Assembly (NCBI GenBank): GCA_022822375.1
Contig: JAJEBU010000100.1
Location: 558 to 64,557 of the forward strand
Length of the DNA: 64,000 bases
Direction: 5' to 3'
From: Dehalococcoidia bacterium
GTDB taxonomy: Bacteria > Chloroflexota > Dehalococcoidia > Bin125
The notes below the pieces were generated by a model. The model searched no databases. It had not been told where the DNA came from and saw only the letters and a program-made list of their open reading frames with translations. Positions 37,331-46,289 of this stretch are shown in pieces (within the stretch, counting starts at the first letter, position 1; each line of letters opens with the position of its first letter). The translations under genes and the position numbers were made by a program.

Positions 37331-37405
37331 CCCCCCGTAGCTCAGGGGAAAGAGCACCGGTTTCCTAAACCGCGCGCGGAGGTTCGAATCCTCCCGGGGG
37401 GACCA
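37331..37405 (+). tRNA. tRNA-Arg (anticodon CCU)
   Basis: Manual fold: 7-bp acceptor CCCCCCG/CGGGGGG, discriminator A, encoded CCA; D arm GCUC/GAGC; anticodon loop UUCCUAA; T arm GGAGG-UUCGAAU-CCUCC. As read, the variable loop is 4 nt and there is a C-C mismatch at 27-43. Confidence 0.8.
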
Positions 37406-37428
37406 CGGACTGGCGCTCAGTGGGCCAA

Positions 37429-38748
37429 TCAGCCCCCCGCGGCCAGCGCAGCCTCGACCATCGCCGCCTGACCGAGCAGCGTCTCGTCGTGACCGAAGCG
37501 TCCGACCAACGAGAGACCGAGCGGCAGTCCTGCCACGTCGCCGAAGGGCAGCGAGATGACCGGCATGCCCGCGTGCGTCCAGGGCAGATTCATGGCTGGG
37601 TCGCCGGTGGAATGCAACCCATGCGGCGCCGGACCGACGGCCGACGGCGCCAGCCACACGTCCACACCGGCGCGGTCCATTCGCTCATGCAACCGTTGGC
37701 GCAGCGCGATCCGGCTGGCGCGGCCCGCTTCGGCGTCGGCGGCAGAGATGTCCAACCCGGCCTCGTACAACTGAGCGCTCTGCGGACGGAACATCGCGCC
37801 GTACTTGTCGTAGCGCTCTTGATGCGTCTCCGCAAACTCGCGCGTGGTCAGATTACGATGTCGGACATTGATGTCCTCAATGTCGTGTAGGGTCATCGCC
37901 TCTTCGACGGTCATGCCCGCTGTTGCCAGACGGTTGGCGGCCTCATCGAGCGCCGCGCGCATGTCATCGCCTGCTTGATCGAGGAAGTTGCCAATCGGAA
38001 TGCCCACACGAGGCACCGGCGCCTCGGCATCCTCGCCCTCGCGCCAGCCGAGCAGCACCGAGGCCGCGACCAGCGCCGCATCGGCGACGCCCTGCACGAA
38101 GTAGCCGACCGTGTCCACCGACGGCGAGTAGTACAGCGTCCCACCGGTAGGGATTCGGTCGTAGGACGGCTTGAACCCCACGACGCCGCAGAACGACGCG
38201 GGTCGCACGACCGATCCAACCGTCTGCGATCCCAGTGCCAACGGTGCGATGCCGGCCGCGACCGCCGCGGCCGAGCCGCTGCTCGATCCGCCCGGTGTGT
38301 GCTCGCGGTGATGCGGATTGGCGGTCGCGCCTGGCGCGAAGTAGGCGAACTCAGTCGTGACCGCCTTGCCGAGCACCAACGCGCCCGCTTCCCGCAACCG
38401 CGCCACGACGTCCGCCTCACGGCCGCTGAATGACTCCGGCGGCACCGCAGATCCTGCCCGCGTGGGCATCCGCTGCACATTGAAGATGTCCTTGACCGCG
38501 ACCATCGCGCCGTACAGCGGAGGCCGCTGCGACGGTACGGGCCAGCGCGCTGCGGCGTCCGCCGCCTCGGACGACAAGCGCTCGCGCAGCCGCGGATCGG
38601 GCAGCATCGCGCGGATCAGCGGATTGACCGCGTCCCAGCGCGTAAGCGTCTGATCAATCAAATCTTGAAGTGGCAGATCGCCAGAGCGCGCGGCCGCAAC
38701 CTGAGCGCTCAGCGACAGCGGTTGGACCAGGCTCGTCTCGTCTGCCAT
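37429..38748 (-). CDS. amidase (amidase-signature family)
   Basis: A 439-aa ORF with GGSSSGSAAAVAAGIAPLALGSQTVGSVVRPASFCGVVGFKPS. The catalytic K is in ...AVKDIF.... Confidence 0.85.
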   Translation of the reverse strand: MADETSLVQPLSLSAQVAAARSGDLPLQDLIDQTLTRWDAVNPLIRAMLPDPRLRERLSSEAADAAARWPVPSQRPPLYGAMVAVKDIFNVQRMPTRAGSAVPPESFSGREADVVARLREAGALVLGKAVTTEFAYFAPGATANPHHREHTPGGSSSGSAAAVAAGIAPLALGSQTVGSVVRPASFCGVVGFKPSYDRIPTGGTLYYSPSVDTVGYFVQGVADAALVAASVLLGWREGEDAEAPVPRVGIPIGNFLDQAGDDMRAALDEAANRLATAGMTVEEAMTLHDIEDINVRHRNLTTREFAETHQERYDKYGAMFRPQSAQLYEAGLDISAADAEAGRASRIALRQRLHERMDRAGVDVWLAPSAVGPAPHGLHSTGDPAMNLPWTHAGMPVISLPFGDVAGLPLGLSLVGRFGHDETLLGQAAMVEAALAAGG

Positions 38749-38777
38749 GGGTCGACTTCACCAATCGGGATCGGCGG

Positions 38778-39308
38778 CTAGAAACCGAGTCCCTCTTTGC
38801 CCTGCATCGAGCGGCCAACGTTGATCTGGCCGAGATGGTTGTTGGAGTGGTTGATGATCACCTGGCCGATGATCTCCCACTTGGGCAGTTCGCCTTGCGG
38901 GACGATGCGCGTGATCGAGTCGAGATACTCAGGCGTCATGTCCGCGATGCGCGGCACAATCACGTCGGCGACCTCGTTCAGGTAGCTGGCAATCGTCGCG
39001 CCGTCGGGGAACACCCAGCTCGAGACCTCGTCGTAGCTCGTGCCCGTGCCCTGATCGACCTTGGGCAAGCCCCATTCCTCGAACAGGTTCTGGGACATCC
39101 AGATCGGCTGCTCGCGCTCGAACGCGAAGTGAATCAGATTGTCAGCGGTGCGCGCGATGTGCCAGGCCTCGAAGCCGATGCAGTTCTGGCCGTCGTAGGT
39201 CTTGAAGTGCACCTCATCCTGCGTCAGATCCTCCATCGACTGGGCGGTCCAGCGCAGCGCTCGATCGGTGAACTTGGCCAGTGCCCCCGCGAGGTTGTTG
39301 TCCGTCAT
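38778..39308 (-). CDS. DinB-family (DinB_2) protein
   Basis: ORF 38778..39323; ATG at 39308 (MTDNNLAGAL...), preceded by AAGGTG. FEAWHIARTADNLIHF and the C-terminal NHSNNHLGQI are His-triad DinB motifs. Confidence 0.7.
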   Translation of the reverse strand: MTDNNLAGALAKFTDRALRWTAQSMEDLTQDEVHFKTYDGQNCIGFEAWHIARTADNLIHFAFEREQPIWMSQNLFEEWGLPKVDQGTGTSYDEVSSWVFPDGATIASYLNEVADVIVPRIADMTPEYLDSITRIVPQGELPKWEIIGQVIINHSNNHLGQINVGRSMQGKEGLGF

Positions 39309-39359
39309 AGAATCACCTTTCACCCGTCCTCTCGGACTGCTGATCGTCCTCTGCCTACG

Positions 39360-40394
39360 TTATCCCACCCCGTTGACCAGCTCGGCCAACGCATCGGCCC
39401 ACTGCTGATCGTCGTCGGTCTCGACAGAGACCTGGTGCAAGTCCACGCCGGCGGCCGACTGCTGATCGAGGTGCGCGGCCACCTCAGCGACCGGGGCGCG
39501 GCAGGAGAAGCGCGGCGCGATCTCCATGGCAATCTCCGTTGCCGCGCCTGCGCCTCCGTCCGACCAGGCTTGGCGCATCGCCGCCACCTCGTCGGCGAAT
39601 CCCTGCCGCTCGAACTGGTGGAAGTACCCCGGCCCGTTGCGGACCGCGAAGAAGGCCAGACCTTGCGCGAAGTTGCGATCGGCCTGGTCTTGGCGCGCCC
39701 CGTCGAGCAACACGGCGGCCGTGCCCGGAGCACGCACTTCGACCGCATCGGCCGCCCGCCCAGCAGCTTCCGACCAGCGCTTCACCTGCGCGATCTCTTC
39801 GCCGATCCGATCGTTCGGGATCCATGTGGGCATCCAGCCGTCAGCAAGCTCGGCGGTCAACCGCACTGAAGTCGGATGTAGCGCGGCCAGATGGATCTGG
39901 GCCGTCGGCTGGCCCGGGATCATGCCGCTCACGAGCGCGCGTTCGACATGGATGGTCGGACCGTCGTAGCTAAACCGTTCCCGCGACCAGTAGAGGCGGA
40001 TCAGCTCGACCGCCTCGCGGATGCGCGCGAACGGGCGCTCGAACTTGACTCCGTGGAAGCGCTCGATGGCGCCCGGCGCGCTCGCGCCCAGCCCGATCAC
40101 GACGCGTCCGCCAGACAGCTGATCGACCGTGCCGAAGCTCTGCGCCAGCGTGGCCGGCGTACGCGAGAACACGTTCACGATCGCCGAGGCGATCCGCACC
40201 TTGGATGTCTGATGCGCCAGCAACGCCATGCCCGTGAACGCGTCGTGTCCGTAGCCCTCGAGGACCGAGATCGTGTCGACGCCAATCTCGTCGGCCAGCC
40301 GCGCCCGCGTGAGGAACGTATCGACGACATCGGGATTCCAGGGCAGGTTGACCGAAATGCGTCGTCCGTGGTGTTCGGATGTCATGAGCGTCAC
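39360..40394 (-). CDS. LLM-class F420-dependent oxidoreductase
   Basis: A 344-aa luciferase-like TIM barrel (GGRVVIGLGASAPG...). Belongs to the family of F420-dependent glucose-6-phosphate/methylene-H4MPT reductase-like enzymes. Confidence 0.8.
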   Translation of the reverse strand: MTLMTSEHHGRRISVNLPWNPDVVDTFLTRARLADEIGVDTISVLEGYGHDAFTGMALLAHQTSKVRIASAIVNVFSRTPATLAQSFGTVDQLSGGRVVIGLGASAPGAIERFHGVKFERPFARIREAVELIRLYWSRERFSYDGPTIHVERALVSGMIPGQPTAQIHLAALHPTSVRLTAELADGWMPTWIPNDRIGEEIAQVKRWSEAAGRAADAVEVRAPGTAAVLLDGARQDQADRNFAQGLAFFAVRNGPGYFHQFERQGFADEVAAMRQAWSDGGAGAATEIAMEIAPRFSCRAPVAEVAAHLDQQSAAGVDLHQVSVETDDDQQWADALAELVNGVG

Positions 40395-41209
40395 TCCCAG
40401 GGCTCATCAGACGCGGTCACCGCGCTGAGCAGCAAGATCTTGACCACGCAGCGGACCTGTCCGTCCGGGCTGACGACGCGGTCGTCGTCGCGCAGTTCGC
40501 CAGCGATCCGCGCGAGCATGGTCTCACGTCCCTCGGGCAGCATGCCCATGCAGCGCAGCATCGACCACCAGGCATCAAAGCTGGGCCACCAGAACTCGCG
40601 CTCGATCTCTTCGACCTCCAGATCGTCCAGGCGGCGCCCGTCCACGCTGCCGATCAGGCCCAGCTGAGCGAACTCACGGAGGTTGAACTGCGGCTCCAGG
40701 TCCGGCCAGGCGACGCCGAGCCGTTCCAGCAGTCCCAGGAATCGATTGCCCGCTGGCGCAAAGAACGGCCGGCCGAAGGCCGTCGCCGCGATCCGCCCGC
40801 CCGGCCGCACGATCCGAGTGGCCTCATTGAGCAGCGCGACGGGACGGTCGGCGTACGGCAAGACGAGCCCGAGTCCAACCGCGTCAGCGCTGCGTCGTCG
40901 GAGGTCAGTGCTCGACGCGTCGGCCTGGATGAACCTGTGCACCATCTCGGACCGGTGGAAGCGCTGGCGCGCCAGCGTCAACTGGTCGGCGGCGAGATCG
41001 ACACCGATCGCCGAGCCCCCCTCCAGGATTGGCTCGGCATGCGCGATCAGCGTGCCTGGGCCACAGCCGAGGTCCACGAAATCCTGGCCCGGCCGCAGAT
41101 CGAGCCGCTCGACGAGCCGAGCCGCCGCCAGATGGATCATGTCTGCCGCCGACGACTCGTATTCACGGCCCGCACGGTTGAAGACGCCCGCGATATCCTC
41201 GCTGCGCAC
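40391..41209 (-). CDS. class I SAM-dependent methyltransferase
   Basis: A 272-aa ORF with a GTG start. Motif I is VDLGCGPG and post I is IGVDLA. Confidence 0.75.
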   Translation of the reverse strand: MRSEDIAGVFNRAGREYESSAADMIHLAAARLVERLDLRPGQDFVDLGCGPGTLIAHAEPILEGGSAIGVDLAADQLTLARQRFHRSEMVHRFIQADASSTDLRRRSADAVGLGLVLPYADRPVALLNEATRIVRPGGRIAATAFGRPFFAPAGNRFLGLLERLGVAWPDLEPQFNLREFAQLGLIGSVDGRRLDDLEVEEIEREFWWPSFDAWWSMLRCMGMLPEGRETMLARIAGELRDDDRVVSPDGQVRCVVKILLLSAVTASDEPWE

Positions 41210-41247
41210 AGAACAGCCCCTCTACACAGTCCCAACCGAGACAGCTC

Positions 41248-41973
41248 ATGTCCCACGATACTCCGCCCTTGGTCGTCGCCCATCGCACGACCATGGGGCA
41301 CTCGCCCGAAAACACGCTCGCCGGCATTCGACGAGCGGCCGAGCTTGGCTGCGACGGCGTCGAGATCGATGTCCGCCTCTGCGCCGACGGCGTCCCGGTC
41401 CTGATTCACGACGAGCTGCTGGATCGCACGACCAATGCAACGGGCCGCATCGCCGACACCTCGCTGTCGGAGCTGGAACGCATCGACGCTGGCGTCGGCG
41501 AACGGATCCCCACGCTGCGTCAGGCGCTGCAGGAGATCGCCGGCGACATGATTCTGATGTGCGAACTGAAAGTGTCCGAGGGCGACGACATCGCGGCGCT
41601 GACGCGAGCGGTGCTTGCCGACATCGCAGACGCCGACGCGCTCTCGTGGACCTGGTTCTGGAGCTTCGACTCGTCCACCGTCATCGAGCTGGCCCGCATC
41701 GCTCCGCGTGGACGCCGAATCGCGCATCTCTGTCTCGCGCCGACGCCGGACATCTGGCAGATGGTGGATGACCATCGGCTCGACGGCGTCTCGATGCATG
41801 GCATGGGACTCTCAGCACAGGATGTCGAGGCTTGCCGTTCGCGCGGTCTCGCGTCGTTCGTCTGGACGGTGAACGAACCGCGCGACATCACCCGCTGCGT
41901 CGAGCTGGGCGTGTCGGGCATTGTCGGCGACATGCCGGAGCGCATCCAGGCAGCAATCGCCGGCCTGCGGTAA
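41248..41973 (+). CDS. glycerophosphodiester phosphodiesterase
   Basis: LVVAHRTTMGHSPENTLAGIRRAAELGCDGVEIDVRLCADGVPVLIHD is the GDPD/UgpQ signature. Confidence 0.8.
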   Translation: MSHDTPPLVVAHRTTMGHSPENTLAGIRRAAELGCDGVEIDVRLCADGVPVLIHDELLDRTTNATGRIADTSLSELERIDAGVGERIPTLRQALQEIAGDMILMCELKVSEGDDIAALTRAVLADIADADALSWTWFWSFDSSTVIELARIAPRGRRIAHLCLAPTPDIWQMVDDHRLDGVSMHGMGLSAQDVEACRSRGLASFVWTVNEPRDITRCVELGVSGIVGDMPERIQAAIAGLR

Positions 41974-42012
41974 TCTGCGCGCCAGATTGCCTGCTATGCT
42001 CACGGTTGATGG

Positions 42013-42089
42013 AGGGGTGTAGCTCAGTTTGGCAGAGCAACGGTCTCCAAAACCGTAGGTCGCGGGTTCGAGTCCTGCCACCCCTGCCA
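42013..42089 (+). tRNA. tRNA-Trp (anticodon CCA)
   Basis: Manual fold: acceptor AGGGGUG/CACCCCU, D arm GCUC/GAGC, anticodon stem ACGGU/ACCGU with loop CUCCAAA, T arm GCGGG-UUCGAGU-CCUGC, discriminator G, encoded CCA. Confidence 0.85.
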
Positions 42090-42140
42090 GCCCTGCCAAC
42101 GAGTCTGAGCGGCACGCCTCCCGAGCGTTGGTGCTTCGAT

Positions 42141-42228
42141 GCCGAGGTGGCGGAACTGGTAGACGCGCAGCGTTGAGGGCGCTGTGCCCTTCACGGGCGT
42201 AAGAGTTCGAGTCTCTTCCTCGGCACCA
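42141..42228 (+). tRNA. tRNA-Leu (anticodon GAG), type II with a long variable arm
   Basis: Acceptor GCCGAGG/CCUCGGC, anticodon stem CAGCG/CGCUG with loop UUGAGGG, long variable arm, T arm AAGAG-UUCGAGU-CUCUU, discriminator A, encoded CCA. Confidence 0.85.
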
Positions 42229-42334
42229 CACAGCACAACGGCAGCTCGGACACCAGGGACACACAGCCGCCAATCTTCTAGACGAGATTACGGCTACAAT
42301 GTCCTCAGCGAACGCCATGATGCGGCTCCAACAA

Positions 42335-42403
42335 GCGGCATTATGATGTTCCGACGAGCGGCATTATGATGTTCCGACGAGCGGCATTATGATGTTCCAG
42401 CGA
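42335..42403 (+). repeat. 3 x 23-bp perfect tandem direct repeat (gcggcattatgatgttccgacga; the third copy ends ...ccagcga) abutting the 5' end of tRNA-Gly
   Basis: Read directly: copies at ~42335-42357, 42358-42380 and 42381-42403. Each contains a TATGAT (-10-like) hexamer. It is AT-richer than its surroundings and the tRNA-Gly 5' end follows immediately. Confidence 0.7.
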
Positions 42404-42478
42404 GCGGAAGTGGCGCAGCGGTAGCGCGTCTCCTTGCCAAGGAGAAGGTCGAGGGTTCGAATCCCTTCTTCCGCTCCA
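42404..42478 (+). tRNA. tRNA-Gly (anticodon GCC)
   Basis: Acceptor GCGGAAG/CUUCCGC, anticodon stem UCUCC/GGAGA with loop UUGCCAA, T arm GAGGG-UUCGAAU-CCCUU, discriminator U, encoded CCA. Confidence 0.85.
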
Positions 42479-42498
42479 GCTCCTCACATCAGCAACAC

Positions 42499-42572
<74 letters not shown>

Positions 42573-42594
42573 GTCTCTGCTCTGACTCCATCCT

Positions 42595-43185
42595 GTGCCC
42601 ACGTTTGACACTCGCACCGCGCTGATCGTGGTGGACGTCCAGAACGACTTCGCGCATCCCGACGGATCGCTCGCCGTTGACGGCGCCGACGCCGTCGTCG
42701 TCTACGCCAACAACGCCATCAACCAGGCCGCCGCGGCCAGCGCCTTGATCGTCTTCACCCAGGACTGGCACCCTCCCCACACGCCCCACTTCGAGCAGGA
42801 CGGCGGACTCTGGCCCGTCCACTGCGTCGGCAACACCTGGGGCGCGGAGTTTCACAGCGAACTCGCAACAGACTCCGGCTCGATCGTCCGCAAGGGCGTC
42901 GACGGCAATGACGGCTACTCAGGCTTCACGACGCGCGATCCGCAGAGCGGCGATGCGTCGGCGACGGAGCTGAACCGCATCCTGCACGACGTCGACATCG
43001 AGCGATGCGTGGTGATCGGGCTGGCCACGGACTACTGCGTGAAAGAGACAGCGCTCGACGCCGTTCGCCTAGGCTTCGCCGTTTCCGTGCCGACCCTCGG
43101 CGTCGCTGCGGTCGACCTCGAGGCGGGCGACGGCGAACGGGCGCTCGCTGAACTCTCTGCAGCGGGCGTGACCGTCGAACGCTGA
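42595..43185 (+). CDS. pncA: nicotinamidase / isochorismatase-family hydrolase
   Basis: GTG start. ALIVVDVQNDF...WHPPH...HCV...C(VK) give the catalytic D-K-C and metal-binding His pattern. Immediately upstream of pncB. Confidence 0.75.
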   Translation: MPTFDTRTALIVVDVQNDFAHPDGSLAVDGADAVVVYANNAINQAAAASALIVFTQDWHPPHTPHFEQDGGLWPVHCVGNTWGAEFHSELATDSGSIVRKGVDGNDGYSGFTTRDPQSGDASATELNRILHDVDIERCVVIGLATDYCVKETALDAVRLGFAVSVPTLGVAAVDLEAGDGERALAELSAAGVTVER

Positions 43186-43232
43186 TCCGCTAATGCGGGC
43201 CTGCTCCTTCCGCGTGCCGTACCCTGCGCTCA

Positions 43233-44480
43233 GTGAACCCACCGTCCGCGCTCTTCGTCGACCTCTACGAGCTGACCATGGCGCAGCTCTACTACGAGCG
43301 CGGCATCACCGGTGAAGCGGTCTTCGAGCTCACCGTGCGCAGCATGCCGGACGGCTGGGAGTACCTGATCGCCGCAGGCCTCGATCGAGCACTGCACTTC
43401 CTCGAGTCGTTGCAGTTTGACGACGACGATCTCGCCTACGTCGCGTCACTGCCGCAGTTCGACTCCGAATTCATCGACCGTCTGCGCCAACTTCGCTTCA
43501 CCGGTGAAGTGTGGGCTCCGCCCGAAGGCACGACGGTCTACCCCGACGAGCCGTTGATCCAGGTCGTGGCGCCGCTGCCCGAAGGGCAGATCGTTGAAAC
43601 CGCGCTGATCAATCTGATTGCATATCCCACGCTGGTGGCCAGCAAGGCCGCGCGAGCCGTCGACGCGGCAGACGGACGGCCGGTGATCGACTTCGGCAGC
43701 CGCCGAGCACACAGCTCGGATGCGGCCATCGAGGCAACCCGCGCCGCCTACATCGCCGGCTTCACCGCAACCTCGTCGTTGCAAGCGGGTCGTCTCTACG
43801 ACATCCCGGTGACCGGGACCATGGCCCACAGCTACATCCTCGCCGAAGACGACGAGCTCGCGGCCTTCAACGCATTCGCCACTCGCTATCCCGGTACCAC
43901 GCTGCTCGTGGACACCTACAACACGGCGGAAGGTGTCGAGCGCACGATCGAGGTAGCCAAGCGATGCGGACCAGGATCCATTGGCGCGATCCGCATCGAC
44001 TCAGGTGATTTGCTGACGGAGTCTCGACAGGCCCGGCAGCGGTTGGACGCGGCCGGACTCGTCAGCGTCAGGATCATCGTCAGCGGAGGACTCGACGAGT
44101 ATCAGATTGCCGAACTCGTCGAGGCGGGCGCGCCGATCGATGTGTTTGCCTGCGGTACGAACATCGTCGCGCCGCGCGATGCCGCGACGCTAGACAGCGC
44201 GTACAAGTTGGTCGAGTACGCGGGCAGAGCCGTCGCCAAGCGCTCTGAAGGAAAGCCAAGCGTGGGGCACCGCAAGCAGGTCTGGCGCTTGCCGGAGCAT
44301 GATGAGATCCACCCGTTCGACGGCGGAGGCGTGGCCGATGCTGAACCGCTCTTGCGACCGGTCATGGAACACGGACGCCGAATCGCGGCACACGCGGAAT
44401 CCCTGACTCAGATGCGCGAGCGGGCGGCGACTCGAGTGATACAGAGTTCGGTATCGGTTGACCAGGCATTGCTAGACTGA
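43233..44480 (+). CDS. pncB: nicotinate phosphoribosyltransferase
   Basis: GTG start. LFVDLYELTMAQLYY... is the NAPRTase N-terminus, with the GTMAHS and IRIDSGD motifs. 415 aa. Confidence 0.85.
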   Translation: MNPPSALFVDLYELTMAQLYYERGITGEAVFELTVRSMPDGWEYLIAAGLDRALHFLESLQFDDDDLAYVASLPQFDSEFIDRLRQLRFTGEVWAPPEGTTVYPDEPLIQVVAPLPEGQIVETALINLIAYPTLVASKAARAVDAADGRPVIDFGSRRAHSSDAAIEATRAAYIAGFTATSSLQAGRLYDIPVTGTMAHSYILAEDDELAAFNAFATRYPGTTLLVDTYNTAEGVERTIEVAKRCGPGSIGAIRIDSGDLLTESRQARQRLDAAGLVSVRIIVSGGLDEYQIAELVEAGAPIDVFACGTNIVAPRDAATLDSAYKLVEYAGRAVAKRSEGKPSVGHRKQVWRLPEHDEIHPFDGGGVADAEPLLRPVMEHGRRIAAHAESLTQMRERAATRVIQSSVSVDQALLD

Positions 44481-44510
44481 GACCTGAGCTGACTACACAG
44501 GGGCGAAGCC

Positions 44511-46289
44511 ATGTCCGACACGACCACCGATGTACCGCAGGATGTCATTCCGATCTGGGCTGACGAGCTTGACGACTTTGAGACGGAAGCGACCGCCTTC
44601 CGCAACGAGGAACGCGAAGAAGTGGAGTTCATGCTCTACCGCCTCAGACAGGGCGTCTACGGGCAGCGTCAAGCCGACGTGCACATGAACCGGATCAAGT
44701 TGCCGATGGGCGGGGTCACCTCGGAGCAGCTCGACTGCTTCGCAGACGTGTGCGAGACGTTCGCGCCGTTGCGCAAGGGGCACATCACGACCCGGCAGAA
44801 CATCCAGGTCCACTTTGTCCCGCTCGACCAGATGCCCGACATGCTGAAGATGCTGGGCCGCAGCGGGCTGTCCTCGCGCGAGGCCTGCGGCAACACCGTG
44901 CGCAACGTCACCGCCGACCCATGGGCCGGCATCTCTGAGGACGAGGTCTTCGATCCCACGCCCTACGCAGGCGCCTTCGTGCGCTACTGGGTGCGTAACT
45001 CGATCACCCAGCTGCTGCCGCGCAAGTTCAAGGTCTACTTCACCGGCCGCGAGGCTGACTCAGCAATCGCAGCGATCCACGACCTCGCCTTCTTCTCGCA
45101 GGTGCGCGTGATCGACGGCGAGGAGGTACGCGGGTTCCGCGTCATGGTCGGCGGCGGACTCTCGACAATGCCCAAGGAGGCGGTCACGCTGACCGAGTTC
45201 GTGCCGATGTCGGAGTTCCTGACGCTGTCCGAGGCCGTCATCCGAATCTTCAACGCCGCCGACGAGCTGCGCAAGAACATCCTCAAAGCGCGCCTCAAGT
45301 TCCTCGTCCATCGCGTCGGTGAGGACGAGTTCCGCAAGATGGTCGACGCGGAGCTGCAAAAGGGGTGGTCGGCAGAGACACCTCCGCTCGAGGAACTGCT
45401 CTTCCTCGACGACGAAGCAGCGGACCTCCGCGATGTCCCCGCCAACCTGCCGTCGCCGAACGGCGATGCTGGCCGCTTCGAGCGCTTCCTCGCCGCGAAC
45501 GTCCGTCCACAAGTGCAGGACGGATACTCAGCTGTGGAAGCGTCGATCGATCAGGGCGACCTGACGCCCGAGCAGTTCCGCGGCTTGGCCGAGATTCTAC
45601 GCAAGTACGGTCGCGAGCGCGCGCGCACGACTCCCCAACAGAACGTCGTCCTCCGTTGGATTCCCAACAATGCCGTCTACGCCGTCTGGCGAGAGCTCGA
45701 CGCACTCGGCATGGGCGCGCCGGACGCGCAAGAGATCGAGGATGTCGTCTCGTGCCCCGGCACGGACAGTTGCAAGCTCGGGATCACCTCCTCAATGGGC
45801 CTGAACCGCGCCGTGCAGGAGCGCGTCCGATCGATGGCCATTGACGATCCAATCACCCGCAAGATGCGCATCCACATGAGCGGCTGCCCGAACAGCTGCG
45901 GTCAGCATCACATCGCCGACATCGGCTTCCATGGCGCAGCGATCAAGGTCGGCAACCGACAGATCCCCGCGTACCACATGTTTATCGGGGGCTCGTACCG
46001 GACCGAGGAAATGCGACTCGGGACGCTCGTGCCACGAGTGCGCATTCCCGCCAAGCGCGTGCCCGACGCGGTGGAGCGTGTGATCGGCCTGTATCACTCC
46101 GGTCGGGACGGCGACGAAGAGCTGTTCGATCACTGGGTCGACCGCGTCGGACTTCAGCCGATCCAGACCGTCCTCGACGATCTCACGCTGCCGCCCGAGT
46201 TCTCGGCCGACACGCTGCCGATGTTCATCGACTGGGACCGTGACGATATCTACATCCTCCAGCGTGGCGAAGGCGAGTGCGCGGTCTGA
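44511..46289 (+). CDS. ferredoxin-dependent sulfite/nitrite reductase (siroheme + [4Fe-4S] hemoprotein)
   Basis: A 592-aa ORF. Cys clusters SCPGTDSCKLG and SGCPNSCGQHHIADIGF form the siroheme-[4Fe-4S] coupling motif. No flavoprotein partner and no cysH/cysDN genes lie adjacent. Confidence 0.85.
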   Translation: MSDTTTDVPQDVIPIWADELDDFETEATAFRNEEREEVEFMLYRLRQGVYGQRQADVHMNRIKLPMGGVTSEQLDCFADVCETFAPLRKGHITTRQNIQVHFVPLDQMPDMLKMLGRSGLSSREACGNTVRNVTADPWAGISEDEVFDPTPYAGAFVRYWVRNSITQLLPRKFKVYFTGREADSAIAAIHDLAFFSQVRVIDGEEVRGFRVMVGGGLSTMPKEAVTLTEFVPMSEFLTLSEAVIRIFNAADELRKNILKARLKFLVHRVGEDEFRKMVDAELQKGWSAETPPLEELLFLDDEAADLRDVPANLPSPNGDAGRFERFLAANVRPQVQDGYSAVEASIDQGDLTPEQFRGLAEILRKYGRERARTTPQQNVVLRWIPNNAVYAVWRELDALGMGAPDAQEIEDVVSCPGTDSCKLGITSSMGLNRAVQERVRSMAIDDPITRKMRIHMSGCPNSCGQHHIADIGFHGAAIKVGNRQIPAYHMFIGGSYRTEEMRLGTLVPRVRIPAKRVPDAVERVIGLYHSGRDGDEELFDHWVDRVGLQPIQTVLDDLTLPPEFSADTLPMFIDWDRDDIYILQRGEGECAV

